A stretch of 20,000 nucleotides of DNA from an uncultured virus (IMG/VR IMGVR_UViG_3300011470_000007) (lineage: Duplodnaviria > Heunggongvirae > Uroviricota > Caudoviricetes): IMG/VR virus record IMGVR_UViG_3300011470_000007; one strand, given 5' to 3'. Position 1 is the first letter of the stretch, and each line of letters begins with the position of its first letter. Under the pieces are notes generated by a model. The model was not told where the DNA came from and searched no databases. It saw only the letters and a list, made by a program, of their open reading frames with translations. Positions 16,075 to 20,000 of the stretch are shown in pieces. The position numbers and the translations under genes were made by a program.

Positions 16075-17259
16075 TTGAGCGATACCATCAGCAGAACGGT
16101 CGATTTATCATCTCTAAAAGCCCATCAACTCAAAACCCTATTGGGCGAATACAATAACCACATTAAGTACCTTGAACATCGCCTGTCAGTCCACATTCAC
16201 CAACGCAAAACTGATTTTGTGATTTCAGGTGAGCTTGATTCAGTCACACGTGCTGAGCGTATCTTGGCACAGCTTGCCGATGAAGCACAAAGCAACGACG
16301 TCATCTCGCCAGAAGATTTGCACCTGCTCGTGCAAACGAGTTTTAGCCGCGAGCAAGATTTAGCGCTAGAAAATGATGCCGCTAGTGAAAATGGCAGCGA
16401 GCGCGCAGATAGTACTGATTTCACCCCAATTAGTTTGAGAACCCGTAAAGGAAAAATCATTCCCCGCGGTTACAACCAACAGCAATATGTCAAAAAAATC
16501 TTACTCTCTGATGTTTCGTTTGGCGTAGGGCCTGCAGGGACGGGTAAGACTTACTTGGCGGTGGCTTGTGCGGTGGATATGCTAGAGCGCAATGAGATTG
16601 AGCGTATTTTGCTTGTGCGCCCGGCGGTAGAAGCAGGGGAAAAACTGGGCTTTCTACCGGGGGATTTGACCCAAAAAATTGACCCTTATTTACGCCCTCT
16701 TTATGACGCTTTATATGAAATGCTAGGGTTTGAAAAAGTGGCAAAACTGATTGAAAAACAAGTCATTGAAGTAGCCCCCCTCGCCTACATGCGCGGTCGT
16801 ACCTTAAACAATTCGTTTGTGATTTTGGATGAAGCACAAAACACTACTCCTGAGCAGATGAAAATGTTTTTGACCCGTTTGGGTTTTGGCTCGCGGGCGG
16901 TCATCACGGGCGATATGTCACAGGTGGACTTACCTCGCGGCACCAAGTCAGGCTTGCGTCATTCGCTAGAAATTCTGGCGGATATTGAAGAGATTAATGT
17001 GACACGGTTTGATAGCAAAGATGTGGTACGCCATCAATTGGTTCAAAAAATCGTGCAAGCTTATGATAAATACGATGAAGCGCAAGAAGCGATTAAAGAA
17101 GCCAAAAAGCAATCGCGCCTACTCGAACAAAGCCAAGCACAGTCCCAAGCAGCAAGTTCGGCTAACGGGGTGACGGATAACAATGCACCGATTGATAAAG
17201 CCCCGATTGATAACACACCGATTGATAACGCACCCATTGATATAGGTATTGCGGAGTAG
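16075..17259 (+). CDS. ybeZ: PhoH-family ATPase (YbeZ)
   Basis: [40 protein letters not shown]; upstream of ybeY. Confidence 0.96.
   Translation: MSDTISRTVDLSSLKAHQLKTLLGEYNNHIKYLEHRLSVHIHQRKTDFVISGELDSVTRAERILAQLADEAQSNDVISPEDLHLLVQTSFSREQDLALENDAASENGSERADSTDFTPISLRTRKGKIIPRGYNQQQYVKKILLSDVSFGVGPAGTGKTYLAVACAVDMLERNEIERILLVRPAVEAGEKLGFLPGDLTQKIDPYLRPLYDALYEMLGFEKVAKLIEKQVIEVAPLAYMRGRTLNNSFVILDEAQNTTPEQMKMFLTRLGFGSRAVITGDMSQVDLPRGTKSGLRHSLEILADIEEINVTRFDSKDVVRHQLVQKIVQAYDKYDEAQEAIKEAKKQSRLLEQSQAQSQAASSANGVTDNNAPIDKAPIDNTPIDNAPIDIGIAE
17182..17241 (+). repeat. In-frame 15-bp tandem repeat x4 ([20 protein letters not shown])
   Basis: AATGCACCGATTGAT, AAAGCCCCGATTGAT, AACACACCGATTGAT, AACGCACCCATTGAT. 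Confidence 0.9.
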
Positions 17260-17262
17260 CTT

Positions 17263-17889
17263 ATGTCATCAGCTTTGCCAACCCAAATTGATTTAGCAGG
17301 TGATTTAGCAGGCGCTGTGCCGCAAGCGCCGCTTAGTCAAGTACCGATGAGTCAAGTGATAATTAGTTTTGCCGAAGGCTTAATTGAACTGCCAACTTTT
17401 GGCGAACTTGAAGCCTTCTACCAACAAGACAAGATTGTCGCTATTTTGCAACAAGTGATGCATTATTTTCAAACCCACGGAGATACCACCGAAATACCTA
17501 GTCAACTGGGTGAATTTATCTTTCAAAAAACCGTTGAATTAGAAATTTATGTCACGGAGCCTGTGGAAGCTCGCGCCATCAATTTGGATGCGCGTGGCAA
17601 AGACTACGCCACCAATATTTTATCCTATGCCAGTGAATTGCCTGAAGCTGTACTAGAATTACTGCCTGCATTGCCGCTAGGTGAATTAGTGATTTGCCAT
17701 GCGGTGGTGGTCAGTCAAGCCGCTGAGCAAGGCAAGACAGTAGAGCAGCATCTGACCCATTTGCTGGTGCATGGTATGCTGCATTTGCTGGGTTTTGACC
17801 ATGAACTTGGGCAAGCTGAGCAAGATGAAATGGAAGCGATTGAAATCGCTGTCCTTGATAAGTTATCCGTTGCCAACCCTTATGAGTAA
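17263..17889 (+). CDS. ybeY: rRNA maturation endoribonuclease YbeY
   Basis: RGKDYATNILS, LGELVIC, HGMLHLLGFDH zinc motif; exact start uncertain. Confidence 0.95.
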   Translation: MSSALPTQIDLAGDLAGAVPQAPLSQVPMSQVIISFAEGLIELPTFGELEAFYQQDKIVAILQQVMHYFQTHGDTTEIPSQLGEFIFQKTVELEIYVTEPVEARAINLDARGKDYATNILSYASELPEAVLELLPALPLGELVICHAVVVSQAAEQGKTVEQHLTHLLVHGMLHLLGFDHELGQAEQDEMEAIEIAVLDKLSVANPYE

Positions 17890-17897
17890 AATTTCAA

Positions 17898-18992
17898 TTG
17901 AGTAAATCTATCACCAAATCAGGTATTGGCATCATCTACGCGGGCGGCACTTTTGGCAGTTATGGCAAACCGCTTGCTAGCTTAGATGCTGATATTTTTT
18001 TACCTGTGTTATCACAGATTTTACAGACCCATTTTGCCACTTACCCCAACCATGCACATGACCCTGTGGATTGGCGGATATTGGATAATGATGTCATTAA
18101 AGACAGTAGCCAGTTAACGCCTGCCAATTTTGCGCATTTTTATCAATTGATACTACAAGCCATTGCGCAAGGGCTTCGCCAATTTGTGGTACTAACAGGC
18201 ACGGATACGCTCAGCTACCTCGCGGCTTTTTTGGCAGAGTGTTTTGCGGGTAGTCATATCAGTATTGTGGTGACAGGCGCAATGAGACCTTTGCTTGATA
18301 GCAATGTGTTAACTGATTACCTTATCGACACGCAGAGCGATGCCACGCAGAATTTATTTGATGCCTGCAAATTAGCCCGTCATGGTGAGCCTGGGGTACG
18401 GGTGTGTTTTTCTGGTGAAGATTGGCCTGCCCAAACTGTGCAAAAAATTCATAGCCATGATTTAATGGCGTTTGTGGGGCACCACCGTGCTGGTTATCCC
18501 GCCAATAGCTATACCGCAAAAATCACCCAGGCTCAGCATCAACTTTGGCTAGAAGATCGGTTGAGTGAATTGCCGCAAGTGTTTGACAGCTTGTCCCATG
18601 CCAACATTGCCACACTCTATTTGACGCCCGTAGATACGCAGTTGCTCGCCACTCGCTTGGATAATTTATTGTCTGAAAAACCTGATGCCATCATTATTTT
18701 GGCATTTGGTGCAGGCAATGTGCCGTATGCCGAATCCATCAAAAACCAATTATTACAGGCGAAAAAACAAGGCTGTCTGGTTGCAGTGACCACCCAATGC
18801 GCGTATGGCGGCGTGAGCCAAGCGTATGAAGCGGGGGCATGGCTGGCTCAATGTGAGGTTTTGATGACGGGACGATTGACCTTACCTGCCATATTTGCGC
18901 GTCTGCTTTGGTTGATTGGCAGTTATGATAACCCTGCTCGCCGCCGTCAGCGCTGGGCGCATTGTCTAAAAGATACCCACACCGTCGCCTAA
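17898..18992 (+). CDS. L-asparaginase family protein (cytoplasmic type)
   Basis: YAGGTF, DSS, TGTDTL, VVTGAM, FGAGNVP, TTQC motifs; no signal peptide. Confidence 0.88.
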   Translation: MSKSITKSGIGIIYAGGTFGSYGKPLASLDADIFLPVLSQILQTHFATYPNHAHDPVDWRILDNDVIKDSSQLTPANFAHFYQLILQAIAQGLRQFVVLTGTDTLSYLAAFLAECFAGSHISIVVTGAMRPLLDSNVLTDYLIDTQSDATQNLFDACKLARHGEPGVRVCFSGEDWPAQTVQKIHSHDLMAFVGHHRAGYPANSYTAKITQAQHQLWLEDRLSELPQVFDSLSHANIATLYLTPVDTQLLATRLDNLLSEKPDAIIILAFGAGNVPYAESIKNQLLQAKKQGCLVAVTTQCAYGGVSQAYEAGAWLAQCEVLMTGRLTLPAIFARLLWLIGSYDNPARRRQRWAHCLKDTHTVA

Positions 18993-19053
18993 TAACTGAT
19001 TAGTTGTTATACTAGGCTTTTTTATCGTAGGTTTTGGCAAAATTGGCTTTTTT

Positions 19054-19860
19054 ATGACTGTAAATACTTATGCGATCAGCATCGAATTTATTGGTACTCG
19101 CTATCGCGGCTGGCAACGACAACAAGAAGTTGATAGTATTCAGCAGCATGTTGAAGCAGCGTTATCAAAGATAGCCAATGAACCCATAGAAGTCATTGCT
19201 GCAGGTCGTACTGATGCCGGCGTCCATGCGTCAAATATGATTGCCCATTTTCAAACCAGTGCCACGCGTCAGCCTTATAATTGGCTGCGTGCCGCAAATT
19301 CTCTACTACCTGATGATATCGCGGTGCGCTGGATACAAGTGATGCCTGCTGAGTTTCATGCGCGCTTTTCTGCCATTGCTCGACGCTACCGCTATATTAC
19401 CCTCAATCACCCCTTTCGACCTGCGATACTCAATCAGCAAATTACTCATGAATACGCCCCACTGAATGTCCAACTGATGCAGCAGGCAGCGACCTATCTA
19501 GAAGGCACTCATGATTTTACCAGTTTTCGTGCCGCTTCTTGCCAATCTAACCAGCCTGTTCGTCATGTCCATTTTGCCAAATTGATTCAGCATGGTGAAC
19601 TGTTGGTACTGGATATCCAAGCCGATGGTTTTTTGCACCACATGGTGCGAAATATTATGGGTACGTTGTTTGAAATTGGGCGCGGTGAAAAGCCAGTCGC
19701 ATGGATTGAAGCATTGCTGCTGAGCAAAAACCGCTCACTTGCGGCAGCAACCGCCGCTGCCGATGGGCTGTACTTTATCAATGCGCTGTATCCACCCCAA
19801 TTTCAATCACTGTTGCCGGTAACAAGGCTATCCCCTATTTGGCTAAATTTGCCTGAATAA
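19054..19860 (+). CDS. truA: tRNA pseudouridine(38-40) synthase TruA
   Basis: YRGWQRQ, AGRTDAGVHA, FHARFSA, FLHHMVRNI. Confidence 0.98.
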   Translation: MTVNTYAISIEFIGTRYRGWQRQQEVDSIQQHVEAALSKIANEPIEVIAAGRTDAGVHASNMIAHFQTSATRQPYNWLRAANSLLPDDIAVRWIQVMPAEFHARFSAIARRYRYITLNHPFRPAILNQQITHEYAPLNVQLMQQAATYLEGTHDFTSFRAASCQSNQPVRHVHFAKLIQHGELLVLDIQADGFLHHMVRNIMGTLFEIGRGEKPVAWIEALLLSKNRSLAAATAAADGLYFINALYPPQFQSLLPVTRLSPIWLNLPE

Positions 19861-19922
19861 GGACGCGATGCGTGCAAATCTTTTAGCTGTTTTTTTCAAT
19901 TGATTGATTTAGGGCTTAAAAG

Positions 19923-19951
19923 TTGCGATAACACACGCATCAGCGTATAAT
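19923..19951 (+). promoter_or_regulatory. sigma70 promoter
   Basis: TTGCGA 19923-19928, 17 bp, TATAAT 19946-19951. Confidence 0.7.
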
Positions 19952-19987
19952 CTGCATTTATACATTTGACTCATAGATATAGGTATT

Positions 19988-20000
19988 ATGGCAAAAAAAG
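19988..20000 (+). CDS. Start of next gene (MAKK...), possibly translation initiation factor IF-1
   Basis: SD AGGT plus ATG; only four codons visible. Identity is inferred from the MAK start and position after truA. Confidence 0.4.

Noticed and set aside
17898..18992. Asparaginase motif deviations (AGGTF, TGTDT)
   Set aside because: Catalytic Thr positions are retained and the ORF is intact in a housekeeping context; no ground for a pseudogene or novelty call.

Overview
Bases 1 to ~15,650 are the right-hand part of a P2-like (phiCTX-type layout) prophage ending at the 3' end of a minus-strand tRNA(CAT). Bases ~15,650-20,000 are host chromosome (phoH-like, ybeY, asparaginase, truA, probable start of infA). 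Gene order and composition suggest a Moraxellaceae host (inference). Prophage order: tape measure, gpU, gpD; an accessory block (membrane-anchored thermonuclease-Excalibur, C5 cytosine methyltransferase, convergent GHKL-ATPase/PD-(D/E)XK nuclease); a C4/CI-like antisense-RNA operon of four unknown genes; XRE repressor and switch; early operon (two RHH-like proteins, Ogr, primase-helicase, TraR/DksA); tyrosine integrase. The most striking observation is two non-coding segments (3088-3173 and 7926-8004) with the same tRNA-like C4-type fold but different recognition loops. One matches sites flanking itself. The other has no local target but is complementary to the start-codon regions of the replication gene and the first early gene, about 7 kb away. 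All calls are by eye; no searches or folding programs were run.
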